Below, in pieces: positions 12,119 to 23,819 of a stretch of DNA of 35,786 nt. The first letter of the stretch is position 1, and the number at the start of each line of letters is the position of its first letter. This DNA is from Nemertoderma westbladi. Its lineage: Eukaryota; Animalia; Xenacoelomorpha. The notes beneath the pieces were generated by a model. That model worked only from the letters and a program-made list of their open reading frames with translations. It searched no databases and was not told the DNA's origin. The translations under genes were made by a program, and so were the position numbers. The stretch lies in contig JAUCBJ010002477.1 in assembly GCA_032718475.1 (NCBI GenBank), positions 1 to 35,786 on the forward strand, given 5' to 3'.

Positions 12119-12383
12119 AGAGTGACATTTTTAGAATTATTTTTGATGGGGGGTAGAGGGGTGGGGGGGGGGGGGGGGTGGGGGGTGCAGTAATAGTAAT
12201 GTTCGAATTCGCGAATTTAACCTCTCAAAATTCGAATTTGAAGTGGAAATCTGAATTTGCAGGGACCTAGAGCAACCCCAACCCCCTTAAATCGTGTTTG
12301 TAAAAAAATTCATATATTTTTAACGGTCGCAGATAACCCGGACTTTACTACATAATGTCTTCGCTTACAGTAGGCCTACTCAC

Positions 12384-12679
12384 TTTATTATAGGATATAT
12401 CAGGGCCGAAGGTAATATATAGCCCATTTTATTTACGGTACAATAAATAGTTATAACTAACTGTGTGAACTTTTTCGTTCTATATACAGATACCATCGTC
12501 TCTATAAGCAAAGCAGCGAGTGGTAGGATAATGAACCAGTAATACCGCGACATTCCGTTATTTCCGTTGGAATCCGCGATATTTGTTGCCAACACATAGA
12601 ACATACATACCAAAGCGTGAATCGCAAACATTAGTCGAGGAAGAATGTCTTTAATTATAGTATTGAATATTACACCCAT
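12384..12679 (-). CDS. TMEM26: TMEM26-like transmembrane protein, first coding exon (or gene fragment)
   Basis: ILPRLMFAIHALV, RYYWFIILPLAALLIET and LPSALIY parallel the TMEM26 N-terminus (TRLLFLLHSLV, RYWLLALLNLLLFLET, SPAIFLY). The apparent stop overlaps a GTGAGT splice donor (12383-12378). No downstream exon was recognised in the window. Confidence 0.65.
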
Positions 12680-13020
12680 ATCGTTAAATCATCCTACAGT
12701 TACTCAATTTCCTTACTGCGTGAAAAGGGATAGTTCTAAATTATGAAAAACACGAGTAAAACAGTAAAACATTACAAAAACATAGGAAAAACACTGTCAA
12801 ACAGCCGGAAAACAGGGAAAATATTAATCCGCAGGAAATTTAACACATGTAATATTCTGAACTGGTAATCCTAAATGTACTCCTCGCACAGAACATCCTA
12901 AGTAACCACCGTATAACATAGGGAGAACACTACAAACCCTCCGGAAAAAACAGTGAAAATATGATCAGCATGAAATGTTGCCTATAATATGCTGCTAAAA
13001 AATAAACTGAAAGAGTCGTA

Positions 13021-14512
13021 TACTACGCAGAAAGCATTGTTGCCATTGCCAGGCGACTGTAACCAATCAACATGCATTCAGTTTGCCATTATAATATGAT
13101 AATCTAATTTACCGACATAACTGACTAATGGGGGCTTGGTATATATATAAAATCTAAGGGTAAGAGCCTAGAGTCTTATACCCCCCAAACTAACAAAAAA
13201 CATAGAATTAGGACATTACGCCCAAAGTAGTACTCAGCCCTAATTAGGGCTGAGTACTACTTTGGGCGTAATGTCTTTGGGCACTTTGTACTTTGGGCAC
13301 CATCAAAAAACAACACAAACAATACAAACAAAAATGACATAAACAAAAAACATATTTATCAAAACATGCTCAACATACAGGTATGTATCGCACCCTAACC
13401 CTAACCTAACCGCCATACACTAAATGATACCGGTAGGATACTGCACAAAAGCTAAGCCTATATTTCTATGTAAAAATATATGACATTTTGTCGCCGTAAA
13501 GGGGTAGGACTAGGGCAAAAATAATTAATTTTATCAAAAATCTGGTTGCGTTTCGGTGTCTGAGACCCAGTACGCGGTAATCTCGACACCTCATCAGCTG
13601 GACAAAGGATTACCCAAGGCTTATCTATATTGCACCAATGACCTAAAGAAATCGCACTATGAACTCTGTTACCGCCTATCCCAAACAGACATCGGACCAA
13701 CAGAACATTGGAACCCTACACAGTAAATAAATTGCAGTGATATCAATGGGAAAATACTGGTAGGTTGCTGGGGCGAACACACAGTATAAAAAATATATTA
13801 GATTTTACAATTTGCAGTGAATGTCGGAATTCTGCTCTACATTCCATAATATGATAATCTAATTTAGCGACATACTGACTAATGGGGGCTTGGTATATAT
13901 ATAAAATCTAAGGGTAAGAAGCCTAGAGTCTTATACCCCCCAAACTAACAAAAAACATAGAATCAGGACATTACGCCCAAAGTAGTACTCAGCCCTAAGG
14001 CCATCAAAAAGCAACACAAACAATACAAACAAAAATGACATAAACAAAAAACAAATATATTAAAACATGCTCAACATACAGGTATGTATCGCACCCTAAC
14101 CCTAACGCTAACCTAACCGCCATACACTAAATAATACCGGTTGCCGGTAGTATACTGCACAAAAGCTAAGCCTACAGTATATTCTATGGAAAAATACAGG
14201 TAGCATTTAGTGTGGCGGTTAGGTTAGGGCTAGGGTGCGATACATACCTGTATGTTGAGCATGTTTTAATATATATGTTTTTTGTTTATGTCATTTTTGT
14301 TTGTATTGTTTGTGTTGTTTTTTGATGGCCTTAGGGCTGAGTACTACTTTGGGCGTAATGTCTTGATTCTATGTTTTTTGTTACTTTGGGGGGTATAAGA
14401 CTCTAGGCTCTTACCCTTAGAGTTTGGCATTATCCTTGTTTTTACCGGTCCGCCGCTAAAGGTGTTGGTTATTGTTTAAAGGTTGCCTGGCAACAATGCT
14501 TCCTGCGTAGTA
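13021..14512. mobile_element. Composite foldback / Helentron-like non-autonomous element
   Basis: Outer inverted repeat TACTACGCAG.AAGCATTGTTGCCA. Inside are three copies of a ~230-350 bp unit containing CCCTAACCCTAACCTAACC: two direct (~13087-13470, ~13840-14190) and one inverted (~14205-14420). Confidence 0.65.
13541..13604 (-). ncRNA. Hammerhead-ribozyme-like core, probably degenerate (Penelope pLTR-like remnant)
   Basis: The minus strand reads CTGATGA-GGTGTC[GAGAT..GTCTC A]GACACC-GAAAC: both catalytic boxes flank a perfect 6-bp extended stem II. Stems I/III and the NUH site are not convincingly intact. Confidence 0.5.
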
Positions 14513-14742
14513 TTACACCTTTGTGTAGTGTTCCTTTGATAGTAAGCTAGAAATGTAGGCCTACTTAATGAGTGGACACCCTTAAATACCTTCTAAAAAA
14601 TCTACGTAATTTAATTTTATAATACTCTGATAAGGTATTTTTATTGAAACTTAATCTCTTTTAAAGTAAACTATGTACATCATTAGTTACCAACACATCA
14701 TTAGATTTTAAATCTGTTTAACATTATTGTTATCATATTTTA

Positions 14743-15025
14743 GCCCATGTGAAGAATACCAGACTTTCTGCCGTTATATTTCACTTTGCAGTTACCCCCA
14801 TGTGAAGAATACCAGGTTTTCACCAAAACCACAGGTTACAGAAGGGTTGAATCTAACCAAAACAATAAACGAATTAGTATATGTACAGGTTATAAGACAG
14901 AAATAAGCGCTATAAAACACTTAATAAAGATAAATTAAAAAAAAATAAAAAATCTTCATATATAAAATTCCAATAAAAAGTCGACCGAAAAGTGAAATTG
15001 AAATCCTGGTATTCTTCACATGGGC
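14743..15025. mobile_element. Small MITE with 20-bp TIRs
   Basis: GCCCATGTGAAGAATACCAG ... CTGGTATTCTTCACATGGGC. The left TIR is duplicated at ~14797. Confidence 0.7.
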
Positions 15026-15539
15026 GCATATTTTTTTAAATATTAAAAATCAAATTGGGTTATTAATACTTATTAAATTCTACTCATTCATTTTTAATTA
15101 ATGGAGGGTTTTAACCATCCGGCCGACAAACCACACTTGACAACACAGGTAGTTGTAAAGACAAGACATTCAATATTACCACAGTTATCCCATCCCCTCT
15201 CTTGTTGTGGACTATTACTATATCATTGTACAAGCTGCGGACCTGCACTCACACCCACCCCCCCCCCCCCCCCCCTCCCCACATCACCCCATTATAATGT
15301 GTTGTAGGTAGACATCCACCCAACCCATTGCGTAACTCAAAATAAACTCCACACAGCCCATACCCGCCCGCCCTTGCTTTTACTACCGCCAAGTGGAGAT
15401 TCAATAAATTGTGGCTGTTTATTTTCTGCTAATCGCGGTGAATTATTATAACCTAGGCGGTCAGGTATAAATAACGGTTACAGATTACAAACCTATGGTA
15501 TATGGACGTGGTGTCCTGTGTGCTCTGCAGACATCCTAC

Positions 15540-18430
15540 AGAGCACATGGAACATTACAAACACAGCTTTTGTTCTAGAATATTAAAAAAAATAAATAAA
15601 CTTATTAGAAATTATTTGTTATGTGTAATCAATTGTTTAATTATCTATAAACATTAATAGACTCTACTGTACTAATTTTCATGCTAGCTAGTGATTTTGC
15701 AAGTTAGCTATTATTAAAATTTTTGTTTTTTCAAAATTATACTTTCCTTTTATATTTCCATTACAACTACAATCTAATTTTAATGTTTATAGATAATTAA
15801 ACAATTTATTACACATAACAAATAATTTCTAATAAATTAATTTTTTTATTAAAAAAAGTTCTAGAACAAAAAGTATTTGTTCTACAACATTTTTTTCACC
15901 AAACTATAGCTAATATGACATAGAACATTATAAAAAAAAGTAGCAAAAACTAACTACTACAAAAAAAAATCCCGGTTATGGGTACACATACCGGTAGGCC
16001 TACAATAGTAGTGCCTGTTACTATGGCAACGTTGAAGAGTTCTATAACAGTAGAAATAGAAAAGTACTAATATATAAATAGAAAAGTAAATAGAAATATA
16101 CTATTCTAGAACATAATGAATTACGAAAATATAGGGCCTAATGTTCTAGAACATATAGCTAGTTTTTTTATTTTAAAATAGGTAGTAAATTTTTAAAAAA
16201 ATTTATTTTTAAATAAATTTCTGCATAGATATAAATCAATATTGATTATAGAGTTTTTGTATATAATTTTTTGAATACCGGTATATTTTTATACCGGTAA
16301 TACCCGTTTATTTTTTTATAGTTCCGTATGCAGTCGCATTTTTAAAACATTGTTACCAGGGCAACAATGTAGAGTTCTAGAACAAAATATAATTATTATG
16401 CACTAAAACTAAAACATAAATAAAATAAAAAATATAGGCCTAATGTTCTACAACAGATAGCTAGTAATTAAAAAGAAACTACATTTTTTATAACATAAAT
16501 CATTGTTACCATGCAAAAAATGTAAACTGCTACAGTATACCATCATTTAATACCTATAATGCCATCAATATTTTTGGTCATTAATATATTCTGCTACAGT
16601 TTAAACCTGAAATATCAGTACTGGTCCAGTATGCGTACACCCCCCACCAAATTTTTGTACTAGCTAGTTTTTGATAATTTCTTTTTTTTAATGTACCAAA
16701 ACATGTTAGCTACTTGATTTTGAAAAAAATAATGTTCTAGATCAAATATTCTTTGTTCTAGAACATTTATAAGACAAAAGCCTGGTTTGTATTTAAAAAG
16801 CATGGGATTGAAAAAGCAAGGAGGTAAAATATATTTTTTTAATATTTTGAAATTTTTCAATTAAATTATTATGTTAGCCAGTAAAGTTACTGGTAGCTAA
16901 TAATTAATAAACGAAACGATAAAAGCAATTTACACAATAAAAAATGTGGTCAATATTTTTTCAAATTTTCAATTTTTATTTTTTCACTACCGGTAGCTAA
17001 TATAAAGTTCTAGCTAACACAAAATCAAAATTACAAGCTATAGGAACTACCATCTTAGTGTCAGAAGGTCAAATGATGAAAGCTGATGATAAAAGCCATG
17101 AAAAACTCGGTCAAAACTGTGGCAACCTAATACATAAAAATTTGAGACACATAGGGCCTATGGTAATTGTACCCCACATCGATTTCTACGTACAAAGTGA
17201 CACAAGTGTATAGGACTAGCTAGTTTTTATAAAAGATAATAATGTTTCCAGAGAATTATTAAAAATTATAAATACTGTTAATATAACGAACTCATAAGAT
17301 TTTAATCCAAACCTTGTTTTTTTCTAAAAAGATGTTCCAGAATGTAAATATTTGTTCTAGAACATTATTTTTTATAAACAAAAACAGTAGCTAACATGTT
17401 CTAGAACATTTAAAAAAAATGAATTATCAAAAACTAGCTAGTACAACAAATTTGATGGGTGGTGTAAGCCTAGTGGACCAGTACCGAATTACAGTACAAA
17501 AGATACTAGCTAGTAAAAAACACTAGCTACCATAAAAAAACATAGCTACTAATGATGTTCTAGAACACAAAAAAATGCAGTATTTTTAGACGTTTAAAAA
17601 AAATGTTGGGCCTAATATATAATAAATCATGTATCAAAAAATTAAAAAAAATAACTAGCTAATGAACTTGAACTTGAACTTGTTTATTAGCGGATTACAA
17701 AGTAAAATAAATACAAATCACTACAGTTAGGTATATGGCTTGTACAACTACAGTTATAGTCATTAATACCTATAATACCATCAATATTTTTGGTCATTAA
17801 TATATTCTGCTACAGTTTAAACCTGAAATATCGGTACTTAGCTAATCAATTAGCTAATGTTCTAGAACACAATATATATTTTTTAAATGTTGCAATGAAG
17901 TGTGCAAAAAGTACATAATTTCATTAATTAATATCAAAATATCAAATGCCACCGCATAACATTTAGTACCCCATTTTTCTGTCAGAAGGCCAAATATTTG
18001 TTCTAGAACAAAAAACGTCATAATATAAGACATTTTCACAAGAAAAAGTTGGTCAAATTTTTCAATTATGGTTTTTTTCACAAGCTAATAAAAAGTGGGC
18101 CTACTAGCTATCACAAAATCACAATTACTATCTACCATCTTACTGTCAGAAGGTCAAATATTTGTTCTAGAGCAAAAACCCTCATGATAAAAGCTATTTA
18201 AGTAAATAAATAATAAATAAATAAAATAATAAATATTTAAATAAAAGCTATTTTCATATGAAAAATTCGGTGAAAAAGTGGGTACCCATAACATAGTAAT
18301 ACCGCAAAATCTAGCTTAAATTGAAAAAGATTTGGAGGGGGTTGTACGCATACTGCACTAGTGCCCTAGAAAATAAGTAGCAAAATAAATTGTTCTAGAA
18401 CAAAGAAAATATGTCGAACAGTAATTTGTT
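15540..18430. repeat. Scrambled Merlin-TIR-derived repeat field (GTTCTAGAAC / TAGCTA units in both orientations)
   Basis: Many degenerate copies of the arm sequence of the 6296-8189 element, including a complete right terminus AAAAGTGGGTACCCATAACATAGTAATACC ending at 18303. There is also a direct duplication, ~16545-16621 / ~17761-17838. Confidence 0.7.
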
Positions 18431-18765
18431 TTTAGTGAATAGCTAACATTTTCAAATTAAAGTTGCAAAATAATTTAATACTTGGGAAAAAAAGTATAAG
18501 TTCGAGAATGGTGAGAGTCAAGAGCATTTTGAAAAAGTCTACCTTTTTATCCCACGTACAGTATAGGGCCTAATTTATGAAGTATGAATAGCTACGCAAT
18601 AGATATATTGGATAAGAATACCGCTGTTGCCAACCAACTTATAAAGTCCATAGTGTATTATTATTAAAGTATTATTATAAAAGGAATTAAAATTAATATA
18701 AACACCCAAGAGTTGCATATTTCTAGTAGTCACGGCTGAATGAATAGAGTTTGTAAAGTGTACAT

Positions 18766-18882
18766 CTAATATTCCTCCTCTCCCTCCTCATCTTCGGCTC
18801 CACCACTATCAACTCCAACCTCCTCGTAATCCTTCTCCAGAGCAGCGAGATCCTCACGAGCATCGCTGAATTCTCCCTCTTC
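18766..18882 (-). pseudogene. TUBA: Alpha-tubulin C-terminal fragment (last 38 codons plus stop), followed by probable 3' UTR to ~18655
   Basis: Translates [38 protein letters not shown], the diagnostic alpha-tubulin helix 12 and acidic tail ending EEY. Not in the ORF track; no upstream tubulin sequence is present. Confidence 0.95.
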
Positions 18883-19320
18883 TAACGCACCGCCCAAATA
18901 CCTGCGCCATCGTCAAGCCCTATTGGCCGCCACGACATCCGCCCACCCCTCAAACAAAGACCCACTGCCCGGACCAAGGCGATAGAAAGCCGCGCCCTCA
19001 CCCACCCCAATACCGAACCACTAGGCTTCTCCTTCCACCCCTACATACAGGAGAGGTGTGTCGCAAGGTGGTGCAGGAAGTGGGAGGCTTCCTTCCCCCA
19101 GACTCCGTCAGCAGTGACCGCGAGCGGAGTGAAGGTGAGTCGAAGCTGCTCAGAGATTTGGCAGAGGTGGTGCTTCTTCGAACTCACCTTCGTCCGCAAT
19201 ATATTGTCCGTGGAGCGGTTGCGGTAGGAGGGAGCGTCAGCGTTTACAACGCATATGTCAAACGACGCCTCCCTCTGCGGCTCCCACACACCACGGACAA
19301 CTAGGCCAGTTCTGACCCCT
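18882..19320 (-). mobile_element. 5'-truncated CRE-clade non-LTR retrotransposon, restriction-like endonuclease C-terminus
   Basis: One frame with a single internal stop (19041-19043): VRTGLVVRGVWEPQREASFDICVVNADAPSY...FTPLAVTADGVWGKEA...[41 protein letters not shown]. This is the typical CRE RLE domain and terminal motif. Confidence 0.85.
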
Positions 19321-19789
19321 GCCTAATTTATGTAATTTTATTCTTAAATTGGTAAGCCGACTTTTTTTCTGCTTGATTCTTTAAGAAAAATTTTGAAGAA
19401 CTAAATTGAACTGTAACTGTGGTATTTTACTATATTACTTTCATCTATAGTTACAACGATTCCAATTAACTCAATGTTACATAATGAATATTGGATATTG
19501 GGTTCCGTTTTGGTGTAGGCCGTGCCGACGCTAAAGTTGTCATAAATTTTATGATAGGATTTTGATCTAATTCTGGGTTTTAACTTATCAAGGAAGAACT
19601 AAGAGTATGCTCGGTCAATTCCAAACTACAGTAGTAGCTAGTACTGTACCGTTTTGGAGTTCGCCTTGCAGACACTAGTAAAGTAGCAATAACTTTTGAG
19701 TGAGTGAATGGATTTTGTTCAAATTAAGTGCAAACCTTTTCTACGTTGCTCTCTCAATATATGTAATAAAATTTATGAAATTCCACCAA

Positions 19790-20045
19790 AAATATTTTAC
19801 TTTACTTTTTTCGCCGGGAAAAAAAGTAAAATCAATGCAATCCTATTGATTACTTTTTACCCAAGGGAAAAAAAGTGAAACTTTTTCTCCCGATTTTGAG
19901 GTATATTCGAGCGAAAAAGTATTTTATAAAAATATTTTATTTTACTTTTTTTTCGCCGGAAAAAAGTTGTGGGCGCTCTTATTTTACCAAGGTAAAAAAG
20001 TGGAACTTTTTCTCCCGATTTTAGGGTATATTCGACGAGCGAGTA
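19790..20045. repeat. Two tandem ~130-bp repeats, likely subterminal repeats of a DNA transposon
   Basis: TTTTTCGCCGG.AAAAAAGT...CAAGG.AAAAAAGTG.AACTTTTTCTCCCGATTTT...GGTATATTCGA occurs twice. Confidence 0.65.
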
Positions 20046-20264
20046 ACAACTAATATAAGAACTAATATTAAAGACTTTTTGTGGAATATAACAGGTACCT
20101 CTCCCCACACGCCCCCCCCCCCCCCCCCAAACAAGGTGTCGAACTAAGAACTATCCTCAGTAAATTTCGCAATTGATTGAAAACAATTGGGGGGGGGGCT
20201 CCGACCTGCTAAAGAAGTTTGTTGTATTAAGGTCTTAATTTTAGGTAGAGATTCATACATAAAC

Positions 20265-20960
20265 AATAACTATTTACATCATTGTGTGCAAAGTAGCACT
20301 TTGCAGCGTTATGACCCGAGTTTATTTATGTACCGAGCGAGCGCAGCGAGGGAGGTTTACATAAATAAACAAGGGTCTTTAACGCTGAAAAGTGCTACTT
20401 TGCAAGCAATGGCGTATGCCATTTTGTTACATTTTGTCAACTTATCAGCGTTCGGTATGTGAAGAAAGGATTTCATGAATACTTATTTGTACATTTTAAT
20501 CTGTACTATATCGAATATAAGTTAAATTTATTAACAGGTACACAGTATTAATTATACATTTAAATCTAATTAAAGTTTATTGGAAGTTATCTCCTGCATG
20601 GATGTGATAAATCATTAATCCATCTTGACTATAGTCGACTGAAGCAAACTGTCGACTGTCGCCATTTTCTTTGCTCATTTTAGTGTCTTCTATTGGACGT
20701 TTCGCCATAATGGATTACAGAACACATTAAACAATTATTTACATACAGTAGCTAGTCCCGTCACTGCAAACTGGATAATAAGGCAGCACGCATTAATATA
20801 AATGGAAATAATACATTCTGGAATACGGTAATTGAAGTTGTTTCCGAGTTATTGATTACTTTGCAGCGTTCCGTCCTATAAGCCGCAACGCTGCAAAGTA
20901 GTACTTTGCAGCGTTGCGATTAATTCACTAGAACGCTGATAAGTTGACATAATGTAACAA
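20265..20960. mobile_element. Non-autonomous element with palindromic arm and inner inverted repeats (possibly Crypton-like)
   Basis: Starts AATAACTATTTACAT, with a self-complementary arm around GAGCGAGCGCAGCGAG. Inner IR 20424-20453 / 20931-20960. An inverted copy of the arm lies at 33069-33170. Superfamily assignment is tentative. Confidence 0.6.
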
Positions 20961-21502
20961 TATGTTCTATTGTAAATATAGTTTATTTATTTATTAGAAT
21001 ATATTAGAATAAATGGCCTGCAGCGGGAGCAATCACACGAAACGTTCGAACGTCCTCAGCTATTCACATTTTGTTACATTATATGGAATCCTTGCACGGC
21101 CGGTTTTCTAACAATATTAAGGTTGAACTATAATTTAACTATAAGGTTGAATAATAACTGCAGTACGGCTGGTGCAATATCGTCGGATACACCTTTTTCA
21201 AACGCTTGTACTGTTGTAGCTAAATAATGAAAGCGAAAATAAAAATGTAATTTTTGAGATATTTAAACCTCGTAACATTATTCGGAATAACAAATGTGCA
21301 GAAATAATTGCACTTTAAAATATCAAGGATTACAATGTAGGGCCTACCGCAAGTACCGGTATACAAAAGCGTAGAAATAAGTCTGTGGAATAAACCTTAT
21401 GGTTGGCAGCTGTGCACAGTGAACAAGTAGGTTTCTACAAATATTGTATTAATTAATTAATAAAAGCAAAATAATGAATTAATTAATTAATAAAAGCTGC
21501 AT

Positions 21503-22102
21503 CTACATTTTTTTATCGTAAACTTCGAATGTATATTTAACTCCGTTATCCTCATGAACCTCTCTCTCCACATCAGTCGGGCCTTCCGTTTCGGGAGGAC
21601 GTAGATTATACGAGTTGATATCGAACTCCGGGAAGAAAGTATCGCAGGGAAACTCGGAGAGAACTCGAGTTATATGTAACCGATAGCAGGAAGGATGACA
21701 CAAAGCCGACTCGAATACTCTCCTTCCGCCGATAACAAATAGGTTCCCTATATCGAGACGACCTGACAACGAACTAACAGCCTCTCCGAGCGAGCCGAAT
21801 AACTCGTGAGCTCCGGTAGGGGGCGCTGTTAGTGTCGTACTTAGAACCACATTGTGCCGATGACGTAACGGTCTATGAGCTTCCGGTATAGAGAACCAGG
21901 TTTTTCTGCCCATTATAACGGCGTTGATTTTGCCTTCGTTCTCGACTCGCGAAGTTTCTCGTTCGAACATTCTCATATCGGCGCGCAGACGAGGCCAGGG
22001 GAGGCGGCCCTGGTAACCGATTCCGTTGCTAGGGGTTATTGCTACTATAAGCCGAAGAGGGCGGGTTGCCATGGTAACAGTATCACCTGATAGCACACTC
22101 AT
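21503..22102 (-). CDS. DHFR: Dihydrofolate reductase (eukaryotic type, intronless CDS)
   Basis: LIVA..NGIGYQGRLPWP, AVIMGRKTWFSIP..RPL..R.NVVLS, FVIGG, CDTFFPEF, GVKYTFEVY; full-length and uninterrupted. An alternative start is at MATRPL. Confidence 0.96.
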   Translation of the reverse strand: MSVLSGDTVTMATRPLRLIVAITPSNGIGYQGRLPWPRLRADMRMFERETSRVENEGKINAVIMGRKTWFSIPEAHRPLRHRHNVVLSTTLTAPPTGAHELFGSLGEAVSSLSGRLDIGNLFVIGGRRVFESALCHPSCYRLHITRVLSEFPCDTFFPEFDINSYNLRPPETEGPTDVEREVHEDNGVKYTFEVYDKKM

Positions 22103-23594
22103 TATATAACATCAATCTGCCAGTACCGGTACTGCAGTAATTACTGTAGAATAAGTAGACAGTGACAGAGCAATACAAAAAGGGTAGAGCATGGTAATCT
22201 AATAGCTACCAGGCTACTGCAGGTCTCACTCTCAAGGTCTATACTTACTTATACTGCAATAATTAATCTACCTTAAATAAACTAAAAAACATTAGCTGAG
22301 ATTTTGAGACAATTTAGCCACATACAGCGCTGCCAGGCAACATACAGTAGATCTGTGAATGGTAATTGGCAACTCAGATATTGTCCGAAAACTTTTGAAT
22401 AAGCCTACACAAGTGACGTGTAGTACATATTTAAAAGCCTACGCGTAGGTCGAAAAGATTTACCCCTATAATTCAACTTCACTCCACTCACTCAGATAAT
22501 AATTACCTAGCAGCATAGCGGTACTATACACTGTAGGGTAGCTAGCTATTTAATGGCCAGTGCGTTGTGTAGGCCTATGTATGATGTATTGTCTCGGTAC
22601 TTTCAGACTGTATAATCTGAGAAAACACCAGTACACAGCAGCACAGCTGCACAGACTACAGAGACTGGAGACAAGCCGACCGTGACTGTGGACTGTTCAT
22701 TTCCGTGAATTGACTCTTGCCAGACGACAGCCTGCCACTGTCAGACAGTGCCACAGCCAGCCACTGCCAGCAGAGCAAAATGTTCTTATGGCAGTGTATG
22801 GAGATCTGGAGATAGGCCTACGCCTACTGGCTGACTGGACGTACATGTTTGAATTTCCCTCTCATTTCAACATTTAAATACTAACTTATGGGATTATCAC
22901 TTGATTTTTGTTCTTTTGTTGAATGAGGAGTCTTAACGGCTTACGAATAATATTAACGTGGATACTACGGTGGTGAGTTGCGGCCAATTATTGAATTTTT
23001 TTTAAACGTTTAAAAAAAATTATTTAAGTTTGTAAAAAAAATTAATGTTTTGCTAAAAAAAATTAATGTTTTGCTAAAAAAAATTAATGTTTTGCTAAAA
23101 AAAATTAATGTTTTGCTAAAAAAAGTTAATGTTTTGTTAAAAAAATTAATGTTTTGCTAAAAAAAAATTAATGTTTTTTAAAGTATAATTTGAATTTCCG
23201 GCTTTCTTCTGGCTTGTTGAAGTGAAGACAGAAGGCCTATCGAAAGATTTTCACTTTCAGTCTTCCCTTCAGTCTGTGTTGTATTATAATATTAGCTGTA
23301 GGTAGATACCGGTACGGTTGGTATGTGTAGGGAAGGGAAGAAAGGCCTATTATCATATTGGCCTATACAAACCTGACACCAACTACAGGCAACAGCAAGA
23401 GTCTTTCACTGATGCTAACCGTACTGTGGATGAGGGTGTGTTTAGTGTAACGCAGTAAAGTAAAGTAGTGCACTACATACATACATGCTGTACAGTATAT
23501 GTACAGTACTTTAAGTGCAGTATCAGTACATATATACTGTATAATCAATAGCAATAGAGCCTACACGTATGTTATTGTAGTATTGGGTGGCGTC

Positions 23595-23735
23595 ATGGAT
23601 AATGAGCGATGGCGGCTTTATACTGCCTTACGGCATGAACTAAACAATCTTATTTCCGATACAGAAAGACCAACCAGCGACGACCAAAGAACCAACGACG
23701 GGGCTTAGCAAGACGGTATTGTGTGGAGAGTGAGT
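23595..23735 (+). pseudogene. N-terminal remnant of a second ORF inside the IS3EU element
   Basis: MDNERWRLYTALRHELNNLISDTER...; convergent with the transposase remnant and cut off by the LTR-element sequence. Confidence 0.35.
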
Positions 23736-23819
23736 ACAATGGTCTCAAACAGAGACACCAGATACCTAGGTGCAACATAGCTCGCGATTGCACCAAGGAT
23801 GGGTAGTAATAACACACCC

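Noticed and set aside
13393-14240. CCCTAA/TTAGGG motifs as interstitial telomere
   Set aside because: Only 2-3 imperfect units, embedded in a dispersed repeat.
12925-14533. CACTA...TAGTG as EnSpm/CACTA termini
   Set aside because: The match is only ~10 bp, and the flanks are inverted rather than a direct TSD.
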